Positions 32,631 through 49,620 of a stretch of DNA of 64,000 bases are shown in pieces; the stretch's first letter is position 1, and each line of letters starts with the position of its first letter. Source of the stretch: the human T2T-CHM13v2.0 reference genome, Homo sapiens. The position numbers were made by a program, and so were the translations under genes. The stretch lies in assembly GCF_009914755.1 (NCBI RefSeq), contig NC_060929.1; one strand, 5' to 3'. The notes below the pieces were generated by a model. The model saw only the letters and a list, made by a program, of their open reading frames with translations. It was not told the origin of the DNA and ran no database searches.

Positions 32631-33129
32631 AGGACTTCTATTTTCTTCAAACATCTCTCTTGCTCTTGCTCTCTCTATTTCTCTTTTAGACCCACAGACC
32701 TGTGGTGTTTTCTGTCTGGAATACCCCCTCTACATCCTCTAGGCCTAGCTGAAATGTCTGCTCCTCAAGGAAGTTTTCTCAGACTCCCACACTGCATCCA
32801 GCTTCCTCTGTTATAAGCCCCTTGCTATTACACCTTGTACTTCCTCTTTCAAAATATTCCTCCTGTTTATAATTGTTTGTTTAATATCCGTCTTTCCTGT
32901 TGACTGAGGCTCAATAAAAGCAGGAATTTCTCTCTTGTCATTGCTGTTTCCTCAATATCTGGTCTAGCTCCTGACACTTAATGAAACTTAATAAACATTT
33001 ATGGAATGAGTGAGCTTTTGTTATCATGCTATCTGGGCATAATATTTTTTATTTGAGAAGAATGAATGACCCCCAACAATCTCAATGTTGGGCAGAACCA
33101 AAGTAAGATGTTTTGGAATTGCACTAGTG

Positions 33130-35342
<2,213 letters not shown>

Positions 35343-35344
35343 GT

Positions 35345-35660
35345 GGCAGGGTGTGGTGACTGACACCTGTCATCCCAGCACATTGGGAGGCCAACACAGG
35401 AGGATTACTTGAGCCCAGGAGTTTGAGACCAGCCTGAACAACATAGTGAGACCCCATCTGTAAAATAATAAAAATAAAAAAATTAGTTGGGCATGGTGAC
35501 ATGCGCCTGTGGTCCCAGCTACTTGAGAGGTTAAGGTGGGAGGATAGCTTGAGCCCAAGAGGCTGAGAATGCAGTGAGCCCTGATTTGTGCCACTGCCCT
35601 CCAGCCTGGACAATAGAGCAAGACTCTATTTCAAAAAACAAAATGAAACAAACAAATGAA
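35345..35660 (+). mobile_element. AluJ
   Basis: J-type dimer. Confidence 0.88.
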
Positions 35661-35770
35661 GAAAAAATATACATTTATAAATATAAAATATAAAAAAAAA
35701 CGTACATATAATAGCACAACTAGCATATTGAAAAATTGTATCTGGACAGGTGGGAAGCTTTCCAAGTATG

Positions 35771-36590
35771 TTCTTGGGAAATGACTCAGGACAGTAAATG
35801 ACTGGCAGGCAGGTAGGAAGGGGGCCAGGCCCTGTGGTAGACCAAGTAACAAACAGGTCCCAGAGCAGGGAGGACAGGGGCAATGTTCCTCTCTCTGCAC
35901 ACACTCCACCTTCTGACTCCCCCACCTCACCCCAGCAGCCTCAAAGGAGCCTCTCCAGGGCCACGCTGGAATGGCAAACATGGGATTTTTTTTGCTGACT
36001 TGGCTTAGCAACAAGGCCTCACTCTGACCTTTTCTCTGCACAGCATTAAAGAGAAAGGGTACGTTGAAAGTGGGATTGCATAGATTTCCCATGACCACTG
36101 CCACGCTTTGAAGGGAAACTGCTCAGCTGAGCACTGCTTCCTGGAATGAGCAAGGCCATCTGCCCTAGCCTGACCTGATAACTTCCACCCCTGTGCAGGT
36201 GCCTTCCCCACGGGAGGTGAGGGCCAGCACAGCCCAGTCCCTGGGAGCCCCTGCCAGGCAAGGGCCACGCTGGTCCTCGGGCTCATGCTGTCAGGGACTT
36301 TGTTGAAGGGGCCAGAGGCCCCTCAGTCTATCTTGGTTAATGGCAAGCTGCTTTTAGGATATGCAGAGAAGTAAGAGCGAGCAAACCAGCCACCAGGCCG
36401 GGCTTTGTTGACATGCAGGACATCGTTTGAGATGTAAGAGCAGCTCTAGTAGCCCTGCAGCAGCCCTTGCATCTCAACCGGTTTCTGAGTCATTCTCTGG
36501 GATTATCAGGCTGGAGTTCTCTGTCATTAGGATGACTCATCATTTTTCTATCTCTGCTTCCATTGCTTCTGTCCCTGCTGACTAAAGTCT
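35771..36590. promoter_or_regulatory. Candidate AP-1/MAF enhancer in unique DNA
   Basis: TGACTCA 35782, TGAGTCA 36486, ATGACTCAT 36532, TGCTGAC 36576; motif evidence only. Confidence 0.4.
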
Positions 36591-37010
36591 CTGCTATCCG
36601 CCTCTGTGCCGCAGCTTCTGTGGCTTTTTCTCTGTGGCCCCTTTCTTCAATCCCATCCTACTCATGGTCTTCCCTCTCAAGGTCTCACAAACTCCCTACC
36701 AGTAGGGTTTATGGGTTCCACCTGTCACCATGACAGAGCTCTCACGCCAGACACCCTCACAGGACATGGGCCAACCAGTGGGAAGCTGCCTTGGAGTAAG
36801 GGCGCTAATTCCTGGCTTAATCAATTAATTTACCTGAAGCCACACATGCAGAGTCACATGATATAAACCATTCATTCATCTGACAAATAGGGCACCTCAC
36901 GTATGTCACACTCTGTCCTGGCGTGGAGAATACAATGGTGAAATAGAAACAACACAAGTCTTTGCCTCACATTCTCCTGGGGGCTGGGATGGCTGACAAG
37001 AAATAAAATC

Positions 37011-38589
37011 GGCCAGGTGCAGTGGCTCATGCCTGTAATCCCAGCACTTCAGGAGGCCGAGGCAGACGGATCACCTGAGGTCAGGAGTTCAAGACCAGCC
37101 TGGCCAACACGGCAAAACCCCATCTTTACTAAAAATACAAAAGTTAGCCAGATGTGGTGGTGAGTGCCCATAATCTTAGCTACTCCAGAGGCCGAGGCAG
37201 GAGAATTGCTTGGACTCAGGAGGCAGAGGTTGCAGTGAGCCGAGATTGGCCACTGCACTCCAGCCTGGGTGACAGAGTGAGACTCTGTCTCAAAAAAAAA
37301 AAAAAAAAAAAGAAAAAAGAAAAGAAAAGAAAGAAAAAAATGAAGAGTAAAACATAGGCTCAATGTTGATTCATGTGATGGAGAAAAAGCCAGGTAGAGG
37401 TATCGACAGTGCCGGGAGCAGGGCCTTGTATGTCGATTTTCAACCACAGGTTGGTTGAGAGAGTGACATTGGGGTCATAAAGGACAGAAAGGAGGTGGAG
37501 AGGCCAAGAAGAGACCCCTTATAGGGCTGTGTGCGTGGTAGACATGATGAGGCTTCTGGAACTCTTAGTGCTGGTGTGGTCAGCTCTGAGGATCATGGGG
37601 AAACCCTACTGTCTAGGACCTCACAGATGAGAGAAGAAGCTTATGTCCGAATGCACACAGTTCAGTGTATAACACTTGACTGAGTCAGAGAGCCACAGGA
37701 GCCACGAGGCATTTAAGGAGGGAAACAGAGTATAGGCCCCATGCTCTGTCCACACCTGTCCCTGCCATCCCAAAGTCCTACCATGGGAGCAGGGAGGCTC
37801 CCATTAGGAATTATCAGATTCAGTGGAAATCAACCTCACTTTTCTTTTTTTGAGACAGGGTCTCATTCTGTCACCCAGGCTGGAGTACAATGGCTCACTG
37901 CAGCCTCAACCTCCTGGATTCAAGTAATCTTCTCACCCTCTCAGCCTCCCAAGTAGCTGGGACTACAGGTGTGCACCACCATGCCCAGCTAATTTTTTGT
38001 ATTTTTTGTAGAGATGAGATTTCTCTATGTTACCCAGGCTGGTCTTGAACTCCTGAGCTCAAGCAATTCTCCCGCCTCAGCTTCCCAAAGTGCTGGGATT
38101 ACAGGCATGAGCTACTGTGCCAAGCTTGGGACTCAACCTTTAAGGCTCATCAGAGTCACTGAGAGAACTTATGAAACACAGTGCAAAACCCATCCCCAGC
38201 AATTCCAGTTTTTACACTTTCCCAGGTCATGCAGATGCTGTTGTTCCAGGTACCACACTTTGATAACCACTGCTATGATTTACATCATGCCCTGCCAGCC
38301 CTTCCAACTTTGCCCTTGTTCCTCCCTCTGTATAAAATCGTCTACTTCTGGCTATGGGCTGTGGCTCATGCTTCTAAGCCCAGCACTTTGGAATGCTGAT
38401 GTGCAAGGATCAGTTAAGCCCAAGAGATTGAGACCAGTCTAGGCAACAGTGAGACCTCATCTCTAATAAAAATCAAAAAATTAGCCAGACATGATGGTGC
38501 ACACCTGTGGTCCCAGCTGCTGAGGAGGCTGAGGTGGGAGGATCACACCACTGCACTCCAGCCTGTGCAACAGAGCAAGACCCTGTCTC

Positions 38590-38620
<31 letters not shown>

Positions 38621-39445
38621 TACTTTCTCTTCCTTCTATTTTTCCTCCAAGACCCAACTCAGGAGTCCATTTCCTTCAGGAAAAATTCCTTGACTTTCCC
38701 AGGCAAAATCCTTCATGCCCTCATCTTGTCTGAGGTCCCAGCTACTCAGAGGCTGAGAGAGGAGGATTGCTTGAGCCCAGGAGATCAAGGCTCCCTTTAT
38801 ATTTTCATCCCATCTCATGACTGTACTCACATCTACTGCCTTTCTGGATTGTAAGCATTTGAGGGCAATTTCTCCAGTTCCTAGTATCTGGTATGCATTC
38901 AAGAAAACTTTCTGAAATCCCCATATGTTTTCTCCTGATGTTTGTGAAAGGAAGGCCCCACTTCCAGCGTGTTTCTTCTTGGGCTTCCCTCATCATCTCA
39001 ACCCCCCAACTCACCCTGAGCTCTCTGGCTCCCCTAAACTTCCTGGTCCCAGCAGGTCCAGGCCCACTGTTGTACCACATCTGGCCATTCAGCAAAGTTG
39101 AAATTCTTTCTCTGACAAAGCAATGTGCAGTTTGAAGGTTTTACTTTGTTTTGTTTTTTAGAGACAGGGTCTCACTCTGTCACCCAGGCTGGGGTGCAGT
39201 GGCACAATTATAGCTCACTGCAGCCTTGACCTCCTGGGCTCAAGCAATCCTCCTCTCTCAGCCTCTGAGTAGCTGGGACCACAGGTGCATGCCACCACAG
39301 CTGGTTAATTTTTAAATTTTTTGTAGAGACAGGGGTCTCACTATGTTGCCTCGGCTGGTCTTGCACTCCTGGCCTCAAGCAGTCCTCCCACCTCCGCCTC
39401 CCAAAGCACCAGGATTACAGGTGTGAGCTACAGCGTCCCACCCAG
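37011..39445. mobile_element. Alus: 37011-37340(+), 37840-38125(-), 38350-38615(+), fragment 38733-38791(+), 39140-39445(-)
   Basis: Alu sequence. Confidence 0.88.
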
Positions 39446-40379
39446 TTTGAAGTCTTAAGAGAGATGTTTTACCAAGAGACTCCAATAAGCAAAATCAAGC
39501 ACCAAAAAGGTGAAACATGCATAGCTCTACAGGAAGGTCAGAGAGAGAGAGAGACCCAGTGTTTTAATTCTGCCTCCACCAGTAGCTGAGTGGCCTTCAG
39601 CAAGTCACTGGCCCCTTCAGGTGTTCAAGGAACTGGACTCAAAGATTTCTAAGATACCTTCCAGCTCTCAAATTTCACAATTACCGAATCTGAATTTATC
39701 TAAATACTAAGCAAAAATACCCAAACTTCTAGCATGACAGTCCCAAGTCTCGTGGGAAATTTGCTCTTCTTCCAAGCTGTTTGCTGGGTTTTTCTCTGCA
39801 TATGAAGTCATAGGCAGCTTCCTAAAGATTCCAGGTGAGTCTTATCAAAGAACCTGCAAATGAATACTACAGACTTATTGTAGCCTAGAGAAAGGTGCAT
39901 AGACAATATCTGAATCTTAGCATTGCCACTATGTGACTTGCAGCAAATTATTTAACTTCTCTGGGCCTCAGTTTTCTTGTCTTTAAAGTGGAAGCAAAAA
40001 CAGAATCTACCTTAAAGGATTCCTATGAGGTGTAAGAAAAAATAATTCACAGCAACAGAGGCTAGCACAGCACTGGTGTTCAGCAAGCATGAGTCAGCTC
40101 TTGGGGGCTCCCTCTGCACACTTTCAGTCCACCTCTGCTGCCAGCCTGGCCCCTTAATGAGGAAAACATTTTGTATTCTGAAACTCAAATCCTTCTGATG
40201 AGCTTCTGGTCACTCCTCATGGTCTTGCTGGGTCATTCATTCATTCAACTTATAGTTACTAAGGTTTTATCGAATGCCAGATACAGTGAAAAGAATACAT
40301 ACAGATAATTAAGACAAACTTTAAACAGTCCCCATCCTCAAGGAGCTAGAGCTTTGCTTTAGTAAAATTAGACAAGTCA

Positions 40380-41380
40380 TTCATTTCTGGGTGTCACGGA
40401 ATGGAGTGGCCAATGGCCTGCAGAGCAACATGCCCAAGTTTTATTGTGACTACTGCAATACATACCTCACCCATGACTCTCCTCCTGTGAGAAAGACACA
40501 CTGCAGTGGTAGGAAACACAAAGAGAATGTGAAAGACTACTATCAGAAATGGATGAAAGAGCAGGCTCAGAGCCTGATTGACAAAACAACGGCTGCATTT
40601 CAACAAGGAAAGATACCTCCTGCTCCATTCTCTGCTCCTCCTCCTGTAGGAGCAATGATACCACCTCCCCCTAGTCTTCCAGGTCCTCCTCACCCTGGTA
40701 TGATGCCAGCACCCCATATGAGGGGTCCTGCCATGATGCCAATGATGGGCCCTCCTCCTCCTGGGATGATGCCAGGGGGACCTGCTCCTGGAATGAGGCC
40801 GCTTATGGGAGGCCACAGGCCAATGATGCCTGGGTCCCCAGTGATAAGACCTCCTGCCTGTCCCATGATGGTGCCCACTCGGCCCAGAAAGACTTGACCA
40901 GACAGATAAGGATAAAGGAGAGGGCTCATTATGTCGGTTTTATATTACCTGTTCTGCTTCACCAGGAGATCATGCTGCTGTGATGCTGGGTTTTCTAAAC
41001 AGCATAAGGAAGTCTTGCTCCCCTCTCCTATCAAAGAGAATAGTTTTGGAGGGGAGAAGTGGGACAAAAAAGATGCAGTTTTCATTTGTATTGGGAAATG
41101 TGAAAATAAAATTGTCAACTCTTTTAGTTAAAAGTGTATTCCCTTTTTCCTCCCCTCTGTATTCTCTGTATATTATAAAAGAAATGAAACATTCCAGTTC
41201 TGTTTCTCTAGCTCATTATCTCTTCAGTATGTCCTCTGTGTGAGATTCTTTTTCCTTAGCTATATGGTAAATCTCTTTGGGCATCCTCCCTTTATTAGTA
41301 AAGTCATCTTGTGCAGGACTAAATCTAGCACTTGTAGAGCTTTTGTTGGTTAAAATAATAAACAGCTCGGTTAATTAAAA
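40380..41380 (+). pseudogene. SNRPCP: SNRPC (U1 snRNP C) processed pseudogene
   Basis: intronless 5'UTR, ORF and 3'UTR; TSD aaaattagacaagtca at 40364-40379 and 41381-41396. Confidence 0.97.
40430..40897 (+). CDS. Retro-ORF of U1-C-like protein (155 aa), translation unproven
   Basis: [41 protein letters not shown] zinc finger plus Pro/Met-rich tail; TGA four codons before the ancestral TAA (40907-40909). Confidence 0.35.
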   Translation: MPKFYCDYCNTYLTHDSPPVRKTHCSGRKHKENVKDYYQKWMKEQAQSLIDKTTAAFQQGKIPPAPFSAPPPVGAMIPPPPSLPGPPHPGMMPAPHMRGPAMMPMMGPPPPGMMPGGPAPGMRPLMGGHRPMMPGSPVIRPPACPMMVPTRPRKT

Positions 41381-41418
41381 AAAATTAGACAAGTCAACAA
41401 CTATAATATGGTGAGATA

Positions 41419-41870
<452 letters not shown>

Positions 41871-42495
41871 TCAGCTGCGTGGTGGCAGGGAAGAGGGTTC
41901 CTGGGGGGAGGGGGAAATGAGGCTGGAGAGGTGAGCAGAATTATGTCGCTAAAAGCTTTTGGGAGCAAGGCAGAGGCACTGCAGGGTGTGAAGCAGGAGA
42001 GTGGCAGAGGTGGCTTTGTCTTTGTGAAGTTGTCTCTGGGTGCTGTGCAGAGAACCCATGAATGGGAGGTAGGGGAGGCTGGCAAACCTGCAAGAGGAGA
42101 GAGTGGTCCAGACAGCACTGGGCTGACCCCGGATAGAAGGATGGTGGCTGAAGGTGGAGACAGTTGAGAAAAGGGGAGAGGTGTTTATAGGGTAACATCT
42201 ACAAGACTAGAGATGAATCAGATGAGAAAGTGTTGGGAGGAAGGAATCGAGAATGATGCCTACATTTCCGGCTCAGGCATCCCAATGGATGGTGATGTCA
42301 TTAACTGAGATTTGGAGTCAGGGAACAGATGAAATTAGTTTGAGGAGATATAGGGTATATGAGGTTGAGGGGAAGGGCTGTTAAAAAGTAGGAGAACTGT
42401 TCATCGATTGCTAGGAAAGAACCAGTCAAGGGAGATGATGAGGACAGAGAAAAAGGGGCCCAGGAATCTGTGATGTGAAGGCTCTGCCAAAGATC

Positions 42496-42873
<378 letters not shown>

Positions 42874-45124
42874 TCAGCTCTTGGGATGGAAGGAGGGAGG
42901 CAGCCCCAGGTGTGCAAGCACCGTGGGTCTTTCTTGCTCTCAACCCTGGGAGTCCTGCCTTTCCCAGCATCTTCTCATCACCGACCCATTCTGTTTGTCT
43001 GAACATCCCTCAGCCAGTTGGTGAATTTTCTTTCGTTTAGTGGGACCCGCAGTACTCACTGGCCACCTTGAACAAATAGTTGGCTGTGGACAAGCAACTG
43101 TGTTTCAAGTTCCTCATCTGTAAAATGGAGACAGAAAAACTCAGTTTCTCGTGAGGGTAAGATGAAATTATGTATGGACGTGCTTAGAATAGTGCCAAGC
43201 ATGTAGGAAACTCTTTGAAGTGTTAGCTAGTATTCTCACTGGACTCGGGATGTATGAGGACAGACGCTGTGTTTACCTGGAGTGCTCTGGGCCATCCTCT
43301 TAGTCAGAAGCAAGCTTCCTGTTTCCTCCCCTTTCAAAGCCACAGAGCTCCTTTTTTTAGCTGTCTATTAAATTCCTATTTCCAATTTACTCCTCATTTT
43401 AAAATCAAAGATAATAAATAACCTGTGTGATCTCACGCAGGAATTCCCCAAGCTGCCTAGGACTTTAAAAAAAAAAAAAAAAACAACAACAACAACAACA
43501 AAAAATAAAATCCTGGCCCCACCAATAACCAGAATCACTGGGATTTGGGACCATAGAATCTGTATTTCTAATGCTGGTCTGATGAACGGGGCTCAGAATT
43601 TGTAGTAATGAAATTAGACTTTAGAACCGGCTCTACATTTAACAGGCAATTTTGGGCACTTCTCTGAGCTTTTATTTATCCTTCTATAAAATAAGGAGAG
43701 TAAAATCTGTTCATGGAGTTATTATAAAGATCTGATAAGATATCACAGGGCAAAGCCCTCTGCCAGTCGTCCAATGCTATACATGGTTCCAAGATATTTT
43801 TTATGGGGCTCTGAACTGGGATCTGCTAGCCCAGGTTTTATTTGATCACTGAGTCCTCAGATGGTTTTCTAGAATTTCCCACCATAACAGTTATACATCA
43901 CCAAGAAGAATCTCATAACATATATAATTTTATTACATGTCATTCCCATAAAAGGAAGTGGGATGTATCTTAGTGAAATCCATATGCTCACCACCCCTTT
44001 TGTCAGAGTAATGTTTGTTTTTAATCTGCCTTCAACTGACCTTTGCTATGTTTCAAAGGAAAATCCTCTCAATCTCGTATCTGCAGAACTTGAGTCCTGC
44101 CCATTGAGGATTTTATCAACTGGGATTTTTTCACCCCTGACCTCAGCCACTCACACTGAGGCATCCTCATAAAGCAGCCCCCTCCCACCCCAGGAGCCCG
44201 CCCGGCCTCCTCCTGGGGGTGGTCTTCATGAAGAGGAGAGGGAAGGCTGCTTCTCCATGCCCCTTCAGGATGCTTGCATTTCAAGCCAGGAGCACAGCGC
44301 CTGCCTCGGCTTTCACACACTCTACCTGGCTGTGGCTCTGGGAGTCAGAGGGAAATTTATAGTCAAGGAAAATGGAGCTCTTGTGTGTTTCACAGTTCAC
44401 CTAAGATCACCCCAAAAGGAGGTGTCGGGGGCAGCTCAAGCTCAGTCTCCTCACTCAGGAATCCATGGGCTTTCCCCTGTATAACATACCCCATTGGTGG
44501 CCTCTTTTAACTTGAATCTTGTCATTTACAGACATGTTCTTATTTTGCTGTTGAATCTCTTTCCCCCTATAATGCTGGGTTTGAAGAATTAAAGCCTGTG
44601 GTTCCTTACAGATAAGCAAGACTCCATCTGTCCACAGTGAACTCTAATCTCTTTGGGTGTCTCTATGTCTCCCTCACACGTATTTATCTCATTTTTGCTC
44701 CCTGAAGCCTCTCTCAAACATCATGAGATGATCAATTACTATTTAAATCAATTCGACTTTTAGGTTCCTTCACTGCAGGCATGCAGCTCTCTCTTTGTTT
44801 GTTTATTTTTGGGTTTGAAAGGACAGTGCCAGTCTTAGCTCTAAGGCTCTCCCTCAGCAGAAGGTCAAACATTTCTATCTTGAACCTGTGTCATTTGCTC
44901 CAGGCCAGCTGTCCTCTCACACACTGCCCAGTAATTGGGCCCAGACCCACAGAGGTGTGGGCAGCAGAAGACAGAGGAAATCCCAAGGCTGGGCTTCCTT
45001 ATTGAATATTTAGACTTTAAGTTTAATAACTTTTCAAGTATTTATTTGAGAAGAGCCTGTTTTCAGACTCCAGGCAGCCACTGTAAGCCTGGATCCTTGG
45101 CTAGCTATGAAATCCAAAGGGTCA

Positions 45125-46648
<1,524 letters not shown>

Positions 46649-46811
46649 TTACATTCAGGAAACCCTAAGTCAGCTGTGGGCCAAGCACTGGCCAGGTGCT
46701 GGTTTATGCCAGGCTTTGAATTCCAGCTTTTTGACTGTAAACCCTGGGCAACTGTCTAATCTCTTGGAGCCTCAGGCTTCTCATCTTTGAAACGGGGCTA
46801 ATCAAGTCTCC

Positions 46812-47282
46812 TGTGCTGGTTAATTTTATGCGTCAATTTGGTTGGGCCACAGCACCCAGATATTTGGTCAAATATTATTCTGAATGTTTCTGTGAGGATG
46901 TTTTTAGATGAGATTAACATTTAAATTGGTGAACTTCAAGTGAAGAAGATTGTTGTCCATAATATGGACAGGCTTCATACAATCATTTGAAGGCTTAAAT
47001 AGAACAAAAGACTGTTCTCTCCACTTACCCCAGCAAGAAGGCATTCTGCCAGTAGATGGGCCTTCGGACTGGATACCAGCGTCAGTTCTTCCCTGGGTCT
47101 CTAGCCTGCTGTCCTACTCCACAGATTTTGAACTTGCCAGGCTCCACACATGAGCCAATTCCTTAAAATAAATCTCTCTCTCTCTTTCTCTCTCTCCATA
47201 GACACACACACACACACACACATGCACACACACGCATCCTCTATTAGTTTTGTTTCTCTGGAGAACCCAAAATGACTATACC
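46812..47282 (+). mobile_element. MLT2 (ERVL) solo LTR with (CT)n(CA)n
   Basis: tgtgctggttaattttatgcgtcaattt...gatgagattaacattt...gtttctctggagaaccc. Confidence 0.88.
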
Positions 47283-49322
47283 TACCTTACAGTGATAAGA
47301 GTTGTTATTACTAATAACTGCTGCTATTTCTTGAGTGCTTACAATGTTAAGCTTGCTAAGGGTTTACCACATGTTATTTCATTTAATCCTTACCACACCC
47401 TTATGAACTGGGTATTATTATTGTCGGCTGTGTACAGTGAGGAAATAGATGCTTTGAGAGATTTAAATCACTCACAGCTAGCAAAGGGTGGAACCAAGAT
47501 TTGAATTTTAACCACCATCCTCACTGCCTCAACTGAGTGTCTAACTAACAGTGTTCCTCTTACCCAATAAATGTTCTATTCCACTCTCTCACTAAAGTAA
47601 TGTAAGCATATGCATTCCTTTTATTCATGTATTTAATTTTTAAATGTATACATATATGTTTGAACATATATGATTATATGTAGTATATTTTATATGTGCA
47701 TGCATATATATATATATAAAATCATCTGACTTATGTGGTTCAGGAGCTGTCAGGAGACAGGGACAGAAGGTTCTGACTGCATTCCTCAGACCACCCCAGA
47801 TTGGTTTTCCTGGGGGCTGAGTGTCTGCCTACCCAGCAGAGCCCCCTCAGCTTCCTGCCTCCATCTGCAATGCCGGAGGGCAGCCCTGCCACTCAGGCCA
47901 GGGAGCTCCCTGGAAGTCATCCCCTCTTGGTCCCCTCCAGTGAGCCATTTCATCTTGTGTTGTTGCAGAATTTCTAGGTGCTCTGACTTTGTCAGGGAGC
48001 AAACTGGCTTGATGGTAGAGTTTGTGGAGGAGGAGTTGTGTACATGACATTTGACCTGGACTTTGTAGAGGTACCATTTTGAGCCTGTTCATTTAAATCT
48101 CTTTTTACTGATAAGCTCATACACAAAAACAAGACGCTGGAGTGGCCGGCTTCCAGCATAGCAGAAGGTGGGGAGAAATGCAGTTTGCAAGGTACCGTGG
48201 CTTGTCACGCTGCTGCCAAGGAAATGCTGCTCAAATTCACCACCAGGTTTAACCCTGCCCGCTCCAATGTAGTGGTGTGGTCAGGAAGCACTTGGCCTGT
48301 TCTGGAGAGGGAAGAACCCTCAGTAAGAGGCCCCTAAGTGCCTCAGTAGTGGCTCTCCTTCCCCCCCCCACCACCCCCCCAGCTTTTCATTAGTGTTTTC
48401 CTAGAAAATTTCTTTTACCAGTGAACAAAATTTTTTTTTAAGTTGGAGAGAGAAGGACCAAATAAAATTTTTTTAAATTAAAAAGCCTCTTAGGGCAGGT
48501 AAATGTGCACTTTTCTTTTATGCCAATTAGAATAAGTCGAATTAGAAAGCAGTTTCCACTTATTATGCCCCTCTTAGCACTTTGCTAAAAGCTTTGCCTA
48601 CATTATCTCCTTTGATGTTCCCACAACCCTGTCAAGTGGGTATTACTTGACGATGATGGCACAATGGCTCAAAGGGTGCAGGAGCCTGCCCAGGGTCACA
48701 TAGCTGTAAGTAGCAAAGTTGCTACTCCAGACTTCCCCTGGCAGAGAAGCATCTCCTAGAATGATGTCTTGGTGAAGGGCACGGGAAGCTTTTGACTTTC
48801 ATAATCATTGGTTCTGCTGGGAAGTGTGCCTAGAAGGAATGCCTAAAAATGATGGAATCTACCTGCTTTCTTTACCAGAATTCATTCATTCACTCACTCA
48901 TTCAACAATTGTAAATTGAGTGCTTCTGCTATGTGTCAGGCCTGTTCTAGATGCTGGAAATATGATATAGTCCTGTCTGTCTGGCCAGACACTGGGTTGC
49001 CATTATGCAGAGGTAAAACATTTTAAACATCAAATTCAGCAAAACCTTCCCTGATGGATCTAACTCTTTGTTGTAAAAACTCACAGCACTGCTTTTTGCC
49101 AAGAAATGTCCTTACTCCTATAACTTTCTGACCTTGTTTGGCAGAGATTTGTACTGTTATGAATCCTTTCCAAAACCCATGCCTTCTTAAACCAGTTAGG
49201 CTATGAACTCCTTTAGAGCCGAGGTTGTACACATATCAGTCACCCAACAAATACACTTTGACTTCATGAAAATAATTTTTGATACTGAATAATTTCCCTG
49301 TAGAATCAAATTGTTTACATTT

Positions 49323-49620
49323 GGCCAGGCACAGTGGCTCGCACCTGTAATCCTAGCACTTTGGAAGGCCGAGGCGGGTGGATCGCTTGACCTCTGGAGT
49401 TCTAGACCAGCCTGGGAAACCCAGTCTCTGCAAGAAATACAAAAATTAGCCTAGTGTGGTGGCTCATGTCTGTAATCCCAGCAACTTAAGGGGCTGAGGC
49501 GGGAGGATCACTTGAGCCCAGGAGGTGGAGGTTGCAGGTTGCAGTGAGCTGAGATTGCAACACTGCACTCCAGCCTGGGTTACAGAGTGACACCCTGTCT
49601 CAAAAAAAAAAAAAAAAAAA
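49323..49620 (+). mobile_element. Alu (J/S)
   Basis: dimer with A tail. Confidence 0.9.

Noticed and set aside
40391-40429. 13-aa N-terminal extension on the SNRPC ORF
   Set aside because: Track starts at GTG; this is the copied 5'UTR and the true start is ATG 40430
47651-47672. Perfect hairpin catatatgtt-tg-aacatatatg
   Set aside because: AT-rich low-complexity tract where such palindromes are expected
48355-48382. C-run (G-quadruplex on minus strand) near RUNX/ETS-like motifs
   Set aside because: Short simple sequence with motif-level evidence only
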